Both the position numbers and the translations under genes were made by a program. The notes beneath the pieces are model-generated. The model made no database searches. It saw only the letters and a program-made list of their open reading frames with translations, and was not told the origin of the DNA. Shown one piece after another: positions 26,786-35,630 of a stretch of DNA of 59,225 nt. The stretch's first letter is position 1. Every line of letters starts with the position of its first letter. Source of the DNA: an uncultured virus (IMG/VR IMGVR_UViG_2061766007_000145) (taxonomy: Duplodnaviria; Heunggongvirae; Uroviricota; Caudoviricetes); the IMG/VR virus record IMGVR_UViG_2061766007_000145; one strand, 5' to 3'.

Positions 26786-27460
26786 ATGGAACTAATAATT
26801 CTAATCGCACTTCTCGTCGGCATCGCAGTAATCAAAGCACATGACGGAGGGTTTTTTGAGGCTTTGTTTAACATGAATGGTGGCACATCCGTTAGGCAAC
26901 CAACCGTGCAGGAGTGTGTCGAGGCAAAGCAACGGTTTTTCGATAAGTACTGTCTTACACCTTCTCAGGAACGAGAACTCCGCGAAAGTAGGGATTTCTA
27001 CAAAATGCAGTGTAGAATAATCTGTGAACTAAAACTACAACCAGACCGTGAAATGGTGATGTTAGCATTAGCCGCACAGCAAGGTAAACTCATCAAACGG
27101 TATGCGGGAGGAATCTTTACCACGCAGTCTGCCATGATGAGCACGGGCGGCATTGACAATCTTGCCACCGAGAGGCGGTTCTTCTTATGGTATGATATGG
27201 AGTTGCGTGCAAACGGATTTCCCTACGAGCTTTTGTTTGCCCCATACGACAAGGGTTTTTACATTAAAAACGCCTTATCTATAAGCGCGAGGAAGGCTTC
27301 TCTTGCTAACGGAGCTTATTACTGGGAACCCGATAACGTCCTCGGCTCAGTTCTTCCGACATCTCCCTCTAAAGGACTTATATCTTACGACTACGAACCT
27401 ACAGAATACGACCTAAAGAATTACAGAGAATATTATCCCGAAAGGAGCGACCAAAGCTGA
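26786..27460 (+). CDS. Hypothetical protein with N-terminal TM/signal
   Basis: MELIILIALLVGIAVI. Confidence 0.75.
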   Translation: MELIILIALLVGIAVIKAHDGGFFEALFNMNGGTSVRQPTVQECVEAKQRFFDKYCLTPSQERELRESRDFYKMQCRIICELKLQPDREMVMLALAAQQGKLIKRYAGGIFTTQSAMMSTGGIDNLATERRFFLWYDMELRANGFPYELLFAPYDKGFYIKNALSISARKASLANGAYYWEPDNVLGSVLPTSPSKGLISYDYEPTEYDLKNYREYYPERSDQS

Positions 27461-28029
27461 GTACGTTTTACATAGCAGACCTTCACTTCGGTCATAAGAA
27501 TGCTCTTGCATTTGACAACCGTGAGTTCCCGAGCATTGAAGCGCATGACCAAGCTATAATCCAAAGATGGAATGAAGCTGTCAGTATAGACGACGATGTG
27601 TGGGTTCTCGGCGATATAAGCTGGTACAACGCCACTAAAACCATCGCTCTGTTCAACGAGCTTAATGGAGTCAAACATCTCTGTGTAGGAAATCACGACA
27701 AGAAGCTACTCAGAAACCGAGATGTACAAAAGCTGTTTACCGAGATCGTTGACTACAAAGAAATCCAGACAGATAGTGACTCGGGCATAGTCTTATCACA
27801 CTACCCCATTCCCTGCTTCAATCATCACTACTATGGATGGTATCATCTCTATGGTCATGTCCACAACAGTTGGGAATGGAATATTATGAAACAAATCAAG
27901 TATCAGATGGAGGAGTTTTACAAAGTGCCGTGTAATATGTTCAACGTCGGATGTATGATACCGGATATGAACTATACCCCTCGTACACTCGAAGAAATAA
28001 TCCAAATGAATAAAGAGGAGGAACGCTGA
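27457..28029 (+). CDS. Metallophosphoesterase (CTG start; longer than ORF-track call)
   Basis: In-frame ADLHFGH upstream of 27598; LGD, GNHD, LSHYP, YGHVH. Confidence 0.88.
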   Translation: MSTFYIADLHFGHKNALAFDNREFPSIEAHDQAIIQRWNEAVSIDDDVWVLGDISWYNATKTIALFNELNGVKHLCVGNHDKKLLRNRDVQKLFTEIVDYKEIQTDSDSGIVLSHYPIPCFNHHYYGWYHLYGHVHNSWEWNIMKQIKYQMEEFYKVPCNMFNVGCMIPDMNYTPRTLEEIIQMNKEEER

Positions 28030-28472
28030 TGACAGCAGAAGAAGCAATAAGGATTTTAAATCCTGAACACAGGGAGACCTATTCTTCCCTCGAAGACCTT
28101 TACAGGAATCAGGAGAAGATTAACATGGCTTGTCAGATGGGAGCTAAAGCAATCTCGCTGTTGAGTGACTACAAACTGTACTACTGTTACAGGTATATCC
28201 AAAGTGATAATTATGGTGAGCTTCATTCATCACCTGATATTATCGTTGGATTGGATTCAGCAGCTAAGTGGGTAGCATCTGTGATTCAGGACAGACTTAG
28301 CAAAGGGTTTGAACTGAGCAGAGAAACTCCGATAAGCATTGACAGTATAAAAGCTAATTTACTCAGTAAGAATTGCGAGTGGAAATTAAACATCAGCCTG
28401 CCTGATAAGCAAGTTAATTATTACAATATTGTAGTGAATGAAACTGACATTGATACAGCTTTGCAAGTGTGA
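28029..28472 (+). CDS. Hypothetical protein
   Basis: TGATG coupling. Confidence 0.72.
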   Translation: MTAEEAIRILNPEHRETYSSLEDLYRNQEKINMACQMGAKAISLLSDYKLYYCYRYIQSDNYGELHSSPDIIVGLDSAAKWVASVIQDRLSKGFELSRETPISIDSIKANLLSKNCEWKLNISLPDKQVNYYNIVVNETDIDTALQV

Positions 28473-28484
28473 TTCATCGTATTG

Positions 28485-28584
28485 TATATATTATGAAATA
28501 ATAAATATTTTTTTATAAGACCGAGCCCGCGAATGCCCACCAGATGGGCGTTTCAGATGGCTTAGTACCACTGTGGTGCTAAAG
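28485..28584 (+). repeat. ~100-bp element, copy 2 (putative sRNA)
   Basis: Reverse complement of 15196-15295. Confidence 0.85.
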
Positions 28585-28724
28585 TCGTAAATCGTCACAA
28601 AAATCCGATAAAATGAGGTGATAATTGGAATGGAAATATTAACATTTTTTGCAGGAGTTATTGTTGGTGGATTCTTCGGAGTCATGGCAACGGCACTGGC
28701 AGCAGCTAATAAAATAGGAAGGGA

Positions 28725-29918
28725 TTGATGAGAATGATTTACCTTGATAACGCAGCTACAACAAAGATAGACCCAAGGGTTTTGGATGATATGCTTCCAT
28801 ACCTCAAAGATGAATTTGGTAATCCGGGTAGTCTATATCCACTCGGTAGGAGAGCTAAGATCGCTGTAGAAGCTGCGAGGGGAAACGTAGCTCAGTTCAT
28901 CAACTGTGAACCTGATCAGGTAATATTTACCTCTGGTGGAACAGAATCAAACAATACTGTATTCAAATCCACTGCAAAGTATCTGCTTCAGCACGGAAAG
29001 AAACACATCGTAACCAGTAAAACAGAGCATGATTCCGTGCTTAGATCTGCAAAGTGCGTACAGAAACAGTACGGATTTGATGTTACCTTTTTGGATGTAG
29101 ATAGTAAGGGCTGCATTAGCCCTGAGAAGCTCGTGGAGGCTATCAGAGACGATACAGGATTGGTTTCGATAATGTATACCAATAACGAAATGGGGGCTGT
29201 AAACCCCGTAGAATCAATAGGAGAGGCATGTAGAGAGCGGGGTATTTTGTTCCACACGGACTGTGTACAAGCGGCAGGATTTTACCCTTTGGATGTAGAA
29301 AAAATCCAGTGCGATTTTTTGTCCCTTTCATCTCATAAAATACACGGTGCGAAAGGTGTCGGTGCTTTGTATGTGAGAGACAAAAGTGTGCTTGAACCGC
29401 TTATAGTAGGCGGTAGAGCACAGGAGTTCGGGCTGAGAGGAGGTACCGAAAACGTAGCCGGAATCGTCGGCTTTGGAAGAGCCTGCTTTTACATAATGAA
29501 TTATCCCGCCGGGGCAGGGAACTACATCAAAAGATTGTCGGAGGTTTTTGTGGCAGAGCTCCGTTCCAGATTAAGGGATAAGAAGCTCGAAAATATCCTA
29601 CACATTAATGGGGACGAGAGCAATGTAGGCAAAACAATCAACATGAGGTTCGACAATGTTGACGGAGAGACATTGCTTTTGATGCTGGCTTCTAAAGGAA
29701 TATATCTATCGGCAGGTTCGGCTTGCAGAAGTCTTGAGTCAGAACCGAGCCACGTTCTGACTGCAATGGGGCTTACGCCGGACGAGGCGAGAGATTCTGT
29801 GAGGGTTTCGTTTTCAACGATGAACGGAATGTGGGAAATGGATGCTGCTGCTCGTGAGATAGCAGACTGTGTGGAATTTCTTTACAGACAGTTCGAGAAT
29901 AATTCACAAAGGGGTTGA
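28725..29918 (+). CDS. iscS: Cysteine desulfurase (IscS/NifS family)
   Basis: YLDNAATT, FTSGGTESNN, SSHKIHG (PLP Lys), SAGSAC. Confidence 0.95.
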   Translation: MMRMIYLDNAATTKIDPRVLDDMLPYLKDEFGNPGSLYPLGRRAKIAVEAARGNVAQFINCEPDQVIFTSGGTESNNTVFKSTAKYLLQHGKKHIVTSKTEHDSVLRSAKCVQKQYGFDVTFLDVDSKGCISPEKLVEAIRDDTGLVSIMYTNNEMGAVNPVESIGEACRERGILFHTDCVQAAGFYPLDVEKIQCDFLSLSSHKIHGAKGVGALYVRDKSVLEPLIVGGRAQEFGLRGGTENVAGIVGFGRACFYIMNYPAGAGNYIKRLSEVFVAELRSRLRDKKLENILHINGDESNVGKTINMRFDNVDGETLLLMLASKGIYLSAGSACRSLESEPSHVLTAMGLTPDEARDSVRVSFSTMNGMWEMDAAAREIADCVEFLYRQFENNSQRG

Positions 29919-29943
29919 AAAATATGTGAAAGTATGGTAAAAT
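29903..29943 (+). promoter_or_regulatory. SigA promoter with TTCACA-N16-TGTGAA operator-like repeat
   Basis: TTGAAA(29915)-17-TAAAAT(29938); same architecture as 24395. Confidence 0.72.
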
Positions 29944-29973
29944 CAGAGTATCAAAATATAGGAGTGAACAATA

Positions 29974-30393
29974 ATGACACTACGAGATTGGGAAGAAATG
30001 CCAGAGGAAGAATTCGATAAAATATTTGACGCAACGATGAGGGAATTGTTGCGACAGGTAAAAGAAGAGGAGAAAAATAAGCCCACCCCGGTAATGAGAG
30101 TAATAAACCCAAAGGTTGTTCAAGACGTTACGTTTGTATGTAATGCAATGAAGGAGTTAACAAAGGGAACTGACGCAAAAGTGACGTTTGGATTTAATGA
30201 TGCGTTTAATACGGCGTGGGTAGACGTAAGAGCCCGTAATTTTGTTGTTGATAACCCTATCGTATTTTTAGTTGCGGCATCAAAGATGCCCGGACTCGAA
30301 GCAGATACTTCAACAGATGGAACAGTTGATATTTGTTTTACACGACATAATTTAATGATTGAATATGATGAGAACGGTAACGAAATAAAATGA
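29974..30393 (+). CDS. Hypothetical protein
   Basis: ORF with SD. Confidence 0.78.
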   Translation: MTLRDWEEMPEEEFDKIFDATMRELLRQVKEEEKNKPTPVMRVINPKVVQDVTFVCNAMKELTKGTDAKVTFGFNDAFNTAWVDVRARNFVVDNPIVFLVAASKMPGLEADTSTDGTVDICFTRHNLMIEYDENGNEIK

Positions 30394-30405
30394 GGAGGTG
30401 AACTC

Positions 30406-30768
30406 ATGCCTTTTATCAAATGTATTGATTTAGCAAACGATGTGATTGATGAAGCCACGGAGCGTTTTAAACCTGAATACAGGGAATCAGATGGTTTGAG
30501 AGAAGAATTTTGCGATATTTGTGACATTATTGATGATCTTATTGAGGATGTACTCGCCGAAGGTCTTGAAGTCGATGTGGATGATGAGACAAAAGATATT
30601 ATTATCGTAGTGGAAAGTATCAATTTGGTAACATACGAAATTGATCATTACTTCTACGAAGCTGTTGAACGCTGTAAAGCGTTTAGCTTTTCAAGAAACG
30701 AGGCGGGTGATCTCGTAACTACATTCCGCTTCCCGGGTGTTTGGAGAAAGGTGGCAAGCCATGAATAA
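30406..30768 (+). CDS. Acidic hypothetical protein, paralog of 24463-24831
   Basis: Paralogy. Confidence 0.82.
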   Translation: MPFIKCIDLANDVIDEATERFKPEYRESDGLREEFCDICDIIDDLIEDVLAEGLEVDVDDETKDIIIVVESINLVTYEIDHYFYEAVERCKAFSFSRNEAGDLVTTFRFPGVWRKVASHE

Positions 30769-30991
30769 TAAGAGGCGTCAGAAGCTTTCAGAAGTTGAAG
30801 CTCTTTTAAGTCGTGCTTACAGTATCACCGACTCGGTTTTGGACGAAGAGCAGGACGCACTTGATAATATGCCGGAAAATTTGGAAAGCAGTAGCAAATA
30901 TGAGAAAATCGAGGAGGCGGTCAGCAATCTTGAATCGGCACTTGAGAAAATAGAAGACGCTCAGAGTTGCATTAATGATGCTTCTGCTTGA
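30761..30991 (+). CDS. Small coiled-coil phage protein
   Basis: MNNKRR...EEQDALDNMPENL motif. Confidence 0.8.
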   Translation: MNNKRRQKLSEVEALLSRAYSITDSVLDEEQDALDNMPENLESSSKYEKIEEAVSNLESALEKIEDAQSCINDASA

Positions 30992-31051
30992 AGGTAATTC
31001 AATTAAAGAACTTTAATCGAGAAATTTCACTCCTGAGAAGAAACTTTTGTA

Positions 31052-31080
31052 TTGACATTCAATCTCATTTATGATACTAT
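31052..31080 (+). promoter_or_regulatory. SigA promoter
   Basis: TTGACA-17-TACTAT. Confidence 0.65.
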
Positions 31081-31141
31081 ATCTTTACAAGCAGGGATTT
31101 ATACGCGAGCTTAAATTATTCTGTGGAGGAATTGATACAAA

Positions 31142-31462
31142 TTGAGCAGACTATCCATATATGAATTCGAGAAATTTTTTAGCAGGGTTCGTCCGAAGAG
31201 ATACCTTTTTAATACTGCCGATCAGGAGCGAGAGCACGACGGGGAGACATTCTACATGACTGGCAGTTATCAATCGGCGACAGCTTACTCTCAACCAAAC
31301 CAGATTTTCTTCAAGGGAAATGAGCAGACTATGTGCTTGTCAGGAGTTAAGTACATTGAAGTCAATGATGACACAAACGCCAATACAGGCATAGCTTTCG
31401 AGGTGGTTTGCAGTGACATAAAGAGCGGAAAAGACATCGGTTACAAATTTGTAACCGATTAA
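31142..31462 (+). CDS. Hypothetical protein
   Basis: ORF with SD. Confidence 0.7.
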   Translation: MSRLSIYEFEKFFSRVRPKRYLFNTADQEREHDGETFYMTGSYQSATAYSQPNQIFFKGNEQTMCLSGVKYIEVNDDTNANTGIAFEVVCSDIKSGKDIGYKFVTD

Positions 31463-31493
31463 AAAATAATTTAATTAATCAGTCTAATTGGGG

Positions 31494-31522
31494 TTGACAA
31501 ACAGAAATTGATGTGTTATACT
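31494..31522 (+). promoter_or_regulatory. SigA promoter of mazF-repressor unit
   Basis: TTGACA-17-TATACT, extended -10. Confidence 0.75.
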
Positions 31523-31559
31523 TAACATAGTAAATAAGGAAGAGAAAGGGAGTGGAATT

Positions 31560-31991
31560 ATGAGTAACACATCTGTGCATCCAAAAATCGGAGAGATATA
31601 CGTTATGTACTTTAGTGGTTCAAAGAATGAACAAAGTGGATGGCGCCCGGGTTTGATTTTTCAAAACAACACAGGAAATACTTTCAGTCCGAATGTTATA
31701 GCTCTGCCATTAACGACGGCAATCAAAAAATCGTACATGCCAACACATGTGATTATAGCAGCCGAAGACTCCGGACTCAAAACTGATAGCATGGTTCTCT
31801 GCGAAAACCCAGAATGCATGTCAAAAGATAGAATTGGACGGTATATTACAACCGTTTCAGATGAATACATGGAACGCGTCGCCATTGCAAGTCTTCTTGC
31901 TACATCGGCAATCGCTTTCATTAAGCCGGAAGCTCTGCGCGATTTGTGGGACAGAGCTGTTGCTCTTAATTCTGCTCCATCCGATCCGTAA
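31560..31991 (+). CDS. mazF: PemK/MazF-family endoribonuclease (no adjacent antitoxin recognised)
   Basis: GEIY, EQSGWRP.LI.QNN.GN..SP..I..PLTT, PTHV. Confidence 0.88.
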   Translation: MSNTSVHPKIGEIYVMYFSGSKNEQSGWRPGLIFQNNTGNTFSPNVIALPLTTAIKKSYMPTHVIIAAEDSGLKTDSMVLCENPECMSKDRIGRYITTVSDEYMERVAIASLLATSAIAFIKPEALRDLWDRAVALNSAPSDP

Positions 31992-32008
31992 CACATGGAG
32001 GTTATCTT

Positions 32009-32932
32009 ATGTACAACCCAGAGATTAAAGAGAGGTACATAAAAGAAAAAGCCAAATCCAACACAAGTAAAACTCGGCATATTATCTTCTTCAACGCAAT
32101 AGAGCCTTATGAAACAGAATGGGGCGGCGACCTCTGTTCAATGGACGCGGAACAGTTGAACGAGGTTTTGCAGAAAACATCCGGGTCGAGCGTAACAACC
32201 AGATCGTCCAACTACACGCGAGCCAAGAGGTACATCGAGTGGTGTATAGCCAATAATGTGCCGAACGCCTGCGAAGCAATTTTGGATGTGAAGAAGGAAG
32301 ATATTTCTCAGATTGAAAACATAAGACGACGTACAGTCAAAAATCCTTTTGAGCTGAATGTTTTTCTCAATCAACTTTTTGATCCTGATACTGAAGATAC
32401 TATCGACTTAACATTCCGGTGTTATTTTTGGTGCGCCTATGCTGGTATCAAACAAGAAGATGTTATGAATATCAGAACACGCGACGTTGATTTGATTGAC
32501 GGCGTGATACGGTACAAAGGAGAAGAGTTCCCTATTTATCAGGAGGCGAGAATAGCCTTTAAGAAATGCGTAAAATTAAACCAGTTCATAAATAAAAAAT
32601 ACAAGAGCGAGATAGTGTATAAAGACAGGTTCGATGGCAACTTATTACTTAGAGGACTTCGTGCCGCTCCTACCGTCTCCTATTTCGGCGGGCTCATAGC
32701 CAAAATTGTAAAAGCCGCTAATGATAACGGGAAGGTTAATAAGACTTTGGCATACACCGACGCGTATATTTCGGGGTTTTATTATAGGATGTATCTGCGA
32801 GAGAGTGCTGGGCTGCCAATACCGTTTGAGCAACTTACTAAAGCGATATACAACGACTTAAAGCCAAAAGATGTTGGTAGGTACGCAACCGCAGTTAAGA
32901 AAAATTATTACAGTTGGAAAGAAACTCTTTAA
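32009..32932 (+). CDS. Tyrosine-recombinase-fold protein, probably an SPbeta YopR/MrpR-like repressor
   Basis: MYNPEIKERY N-terminus, YAGI...DV.NI...DVD; catalytic R/HxxR not evident. Confidence 0.55.
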   Translation: MYNPEIKERYIKEKAKSNTSKTRHIIFFNAIEPYETEWGGDLCSMDAEQLNEVLQKTSGSSVTTRSSNYTRAKRYIEWCIANNVPNACEAILDVKKEDISQIENIRRRTVKNPFELNVFLNQLFDPDTEDTIDLTFRCYFWCAYAGIKQEDVMNIRTRDVDLIDGVIRYKGEEFPIYQEARIAFKKCVKLNQFINKKYKSEIVYKDRFDGNLLLRGLRAAPTVSYFGGLIAKIVKAANDNGKVNKTLAYTDAYISGFYYRMYLRESAGLPIPFEQLTKAIYNDLKPKDVGRYATAVKKNYYSWKETL

Positions 32933-32939
32933 AAAAAAG

Positions 32940-32961
32940 AAACCCTGCTTCGGCAGGTTTT
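32940..32961 (+). terminator. Intrinsic terminator
   Basis: cctgc-ttcg-gcagg followed by tttt. Confidence 0.75.
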
Positions 32962-33169
32962 CGATTTAGCATCATATACCAATTAGACCGATTATTATAA
33001 TTTATTTACCTATCATTTATGCTTATTATTCGGGGATATTCCCGAATAAATACATATTATTATATACCATTTAGACCGATAACAGAGTTTCCAATGGGGA
33101 TTCATTCGGTTCAATTCCGAAAACTCTGATTGTAGCTTTGCTGCTTTAATAATCTTTGAGAAAGGAGGG

Positions 33170-33757
33170 TTGAAGGTGGAAGACAAAGAGTACTTCGTTA
33201 ATTTGTGTAGTACGATAAAACGTCCCGGAATGGAGAAGCTGTTGGAATGGCTTGAAAAGACTGATTTCTACACAGCTCCCGCCAGCTCAAGATACCACGG
33301 AGCATATCCCGGCGGGCTTCTTCGTCACTCTCTTAATGTGTTTGTCAGGTTATCTCAGCTTGTTCATACATATCAGAGTGACGTCGAAATTAATCCAGAG
33401 TCGGTGGCAATTTGCAGTTTGTTCCATGATCTTTGCAAGGTAAACTTTTACAGCGTCGAAAAGCGCAACAGAAAAAATGAGCAAGGGCAATGGGAAAGCT
33501 ACGACGCCTACACAATTGATGAGAAGTTCAGGTTCGGTGGGCATGGCAGCAAGTCGGTGTTTATTTTGCAGCAGTATATTAAGCTGACGGCAGAAGAAGC
33601 GGTGGCAATCAACTGCCATATGTCAGGTTTCGGCGACAACAGAGAGTATGTCGGCAAGGCGTATGAACAATTCCCGCTTGCGTGGCTTTTGTCGGTTGCT
33701 GATCAAGCCGCAACCTACATCGACGAGAATGAAAACTTTGTAAGAAAGGGAGAGTAA
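33170..33757 (+). CDS. HD-domain hydrolase
   Basis: FYTAPAS..YH..GGL..HSL, HDLCK, HM. Confidence 0.9.
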   Translation: MKVEDKEYFVNLCSTIKRPGMEKLLEWLEKTDFYTAPASSRYHGAYPGGLLRHSLNVFVRLSQLVHTYQSDVEINPESVAICSLFHDLCKVNFYSVEKRNRKNEQGQWESYDAYTIDEKFRFGGHGSKSVFILQQYIKLTAEEAVAINCHMSGFGDNREYVGKAYEQFPLAWLLSVADQAATYIDENENFVRKGE

Positions 33758-34465
33758 ATGGAGGCAGAAGAAAACACCCTCAATCTGGTTCAGAAGCTTG
33801 CGAAAATCAGAGCTATGAGCGAGATTGCCACAAAGAGTAAGCAGGGATATAACTACACATATACAGATGTGACTGAGATTCTGGCAAAAGTTACCTCCGG
33901 TATGAAGAAGTATAACGTATCACTTATTCCGAGTATCGTTCCTCAGACAGCCAATGTATCACAGCTTGTTTCGGTGAACACAAAGATTGACAGGCAGGGA
34001 AACGCCAAAGATGTTACCACTACCGAGATGCTGTTTACCGCAGACATGACATTTAGGTGGATTAATGACGATAATCCAGAAGAACACATTGATGTTCCGT
34101 GGTTTATTACCGGTTCAATGAGCGATTGCAGCCAGAGTTTAGGCGCAGCTTGCAGCTATGGCATGAGACAGTTTCTCACGTCTTACTTCCAGATAGCCCA
34201 GTCATCTGATTTGGACGTAGATGCGTACAGAAGCAAGCAGAAGGAAGCTGAAGCTGCTGAAAGCAAGGCAATTGCCGGAGAAATTATCTCGAAGTTTGAC
34301 AGCGTGAACAAACAGTTCATCACAGATAATCCAGAAAGAGCAGCAGAGGTTAAGAAATTCGTATCTCGGTATGTCAAGAACGCCGAATACACCAAAATTA
34401 AAGACCCGGCTCTGGCAGCAAAGCTGCTTGAGGATTACACAAATACTTTTATCAATAAGGAGTGA
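33758..34465 (+). CDS. ERF-family single-strand annealing protein
   Basis: GYNYTY, QSLGAACSYG.R..L...F.I....D.D. Confidence 0.8.
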   Translation: MEAEENTLNLVQKLAKIRAMSEIATKSKQGYNYTYTDVTEILAKVTSGMKKYNVSLIPSIVPQTANVSQLVSVNTKIDRQGNAKDVTTTEMLFTADMTFRWINDDNPEEHIDVPWFITGSMSDCSQSLGAACSYGMRQFLTSYFQIAQSSDLDVDAYRSKQKEAEAAESKAIAGEIISKFDSVNKQFITDNPERAAEVKKFVSRYVKNAEYTKIKDPALAAKLLEDYTNTFINKE

Positions 34466-34470
34466 GGTAT

Positions 34471-34836
34471 ATGGGGTTCCGTAAGGACACATATGCAAAG
34501 GTATGGCAGGTTGAGTCAGTTAGAGACAACTTTACAAAGCTGCGCATATCTATCAGCAAGAAAAATAAGCAGACGGGACAGTACGAGGACGATTTTTCGG
34601 GCTTTGTAAACATCTACGGCTCCGGAGTTGCCGCAAAAGCCGCAAAACTCAAGTCTGGAGACAGAATTAAGCTCGGCGATGTCGATGTACAGTCCAATTA
34701 CGTCAAAGAAAAGAAGACCACCTACTACAATTTTAACGTCTACAGCTTCGAGCTTGTCGAAAACGAGAAGAAACCCGATATTTCGTCGTTTGATGGCAAC
34801 CCCGAAGAGGGAGAAACTGACGATCTCCCGTGGTAA
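34471..34836 (+). CDS. ssb: Single-stranded DNA-binding protein
   Basis: OB-fold-like, acidic tail DDLPW. Confidence 0.85.
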   Translation: MGFRKDTYAKVWQVESVRDNFTKLRISISKKNKQTGQYEDDFSGFVNIYGSGVAAKAAKLKSGDRIKLGDVDVQSNYVKEKKTTYYNFNVYSFELVENEKKPDISSFDGNPEEGETDDLPW

Positions 34837-34847
34837 GAATGATGTAA

Positions 34848-35624
34848 ATGAAAGAAGTTAGCTACCGCCCTCTGATCGAGGGTATGAAATGGAGCTATAG
34901 CAGGCTTACCTCGTTTGAGGACTGCCCTTATAGGTGGTTCTTGAAATACATATGCAAAGAGACAGAAAAACCTCAGTTCTACAGTTCTTACGGCACGTTA
35001 ATGCACAAACTTATCGAACAATATTACCGTGGAAAATTATCCAAAGACGAAATGCTCACACAGTTTCTTCTCAATTTCTCAAAAGAAGTTCAAGGAGAGC
35101 GTCCAAGCGATACTATTGTGCAGAAATACATCACAAGCGGTGTCGATTATCTTCGTAATTTCAAAGCGTTCCCATTTGAAATGGTAGATGTCGAAAAGCG
35201 AATTGATTTTGATGTACATGGTGTCCCGTTCGTCGGTGTAATTGACTACATCGGTACAAAAAACGGCGAGTTATACATTGTTGATAATAAGTCCAGAGAC
35301 TTAAAACCGAGAAGTAAGAGAAAAAAGCCCACCGTAAAAGACGGAGAGCTTGATGAGATGCTCAGGCAATTGTATCTCTACTCTGCTGCGGTAAAACAAG
35401 TATATGGAATGTTACCGAAAGCTTTGTGCTTCAACTGTTTTAAAACCGGCGTGTTTATAGAAGAGCCGTTTAACCCAGAGGTTTACGAGGGGGTAATAAA
35501 ATGGACGGTTGATTTGATAAATGAGATTGCAGATACCGAGGAATTTTATCCAAGTATCGAATATTTCAAATGCCGTTACATTTGCGGCGTGAGAGAGGAG
35601 TGCTGTTATTGCGATGGGATGTGA
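34848..35624 (+). CDS. PD-(D/E)XK exonuclease (Cas4/AddB-like, Fe-S cysteines)
   Basis: SYS....FEDCP, GVIDYI, VDNKS, QLYLY, C...C...C. Confidence 0.88.
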   Translation: MKEVSYRPLIEGMKWSYSRLTSFEDCPYRWFLKYICKETEKPQFYSSYGTLMHKLIEQYYRGKLSKDEMLTQFLLNFSKEVQGERPSDTIVQKYITSGVDYLRNFKAFPFEMVDVEKRIDFDVHGVPFVGVIDYIGTKNGELYIVDNKSRDLKPRSKRKKPTVKDGELDEMLRQLYLYSAAVKQVYGMLPKALCFNCFKTGVFIEEPFNPEVYEGVIKWTVDLINEIADTEEFYPSIEYFKCRYICGVREECCYCDGM

Positions 35625-35630
35625 TACCAC

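Noticed and set aside
15196..28584. 13-kb invertible segment
   Set aside because: Genes inside and outside are co-oriented, and the repeats diverge in a structure-preserving way, which is better explained as paralogous RNAs.
34848..35624. CRISPR Cas4
   Set aside because: Sits in the ERF-SSB-helicase operon, typical of a phage recombination exonuclease.
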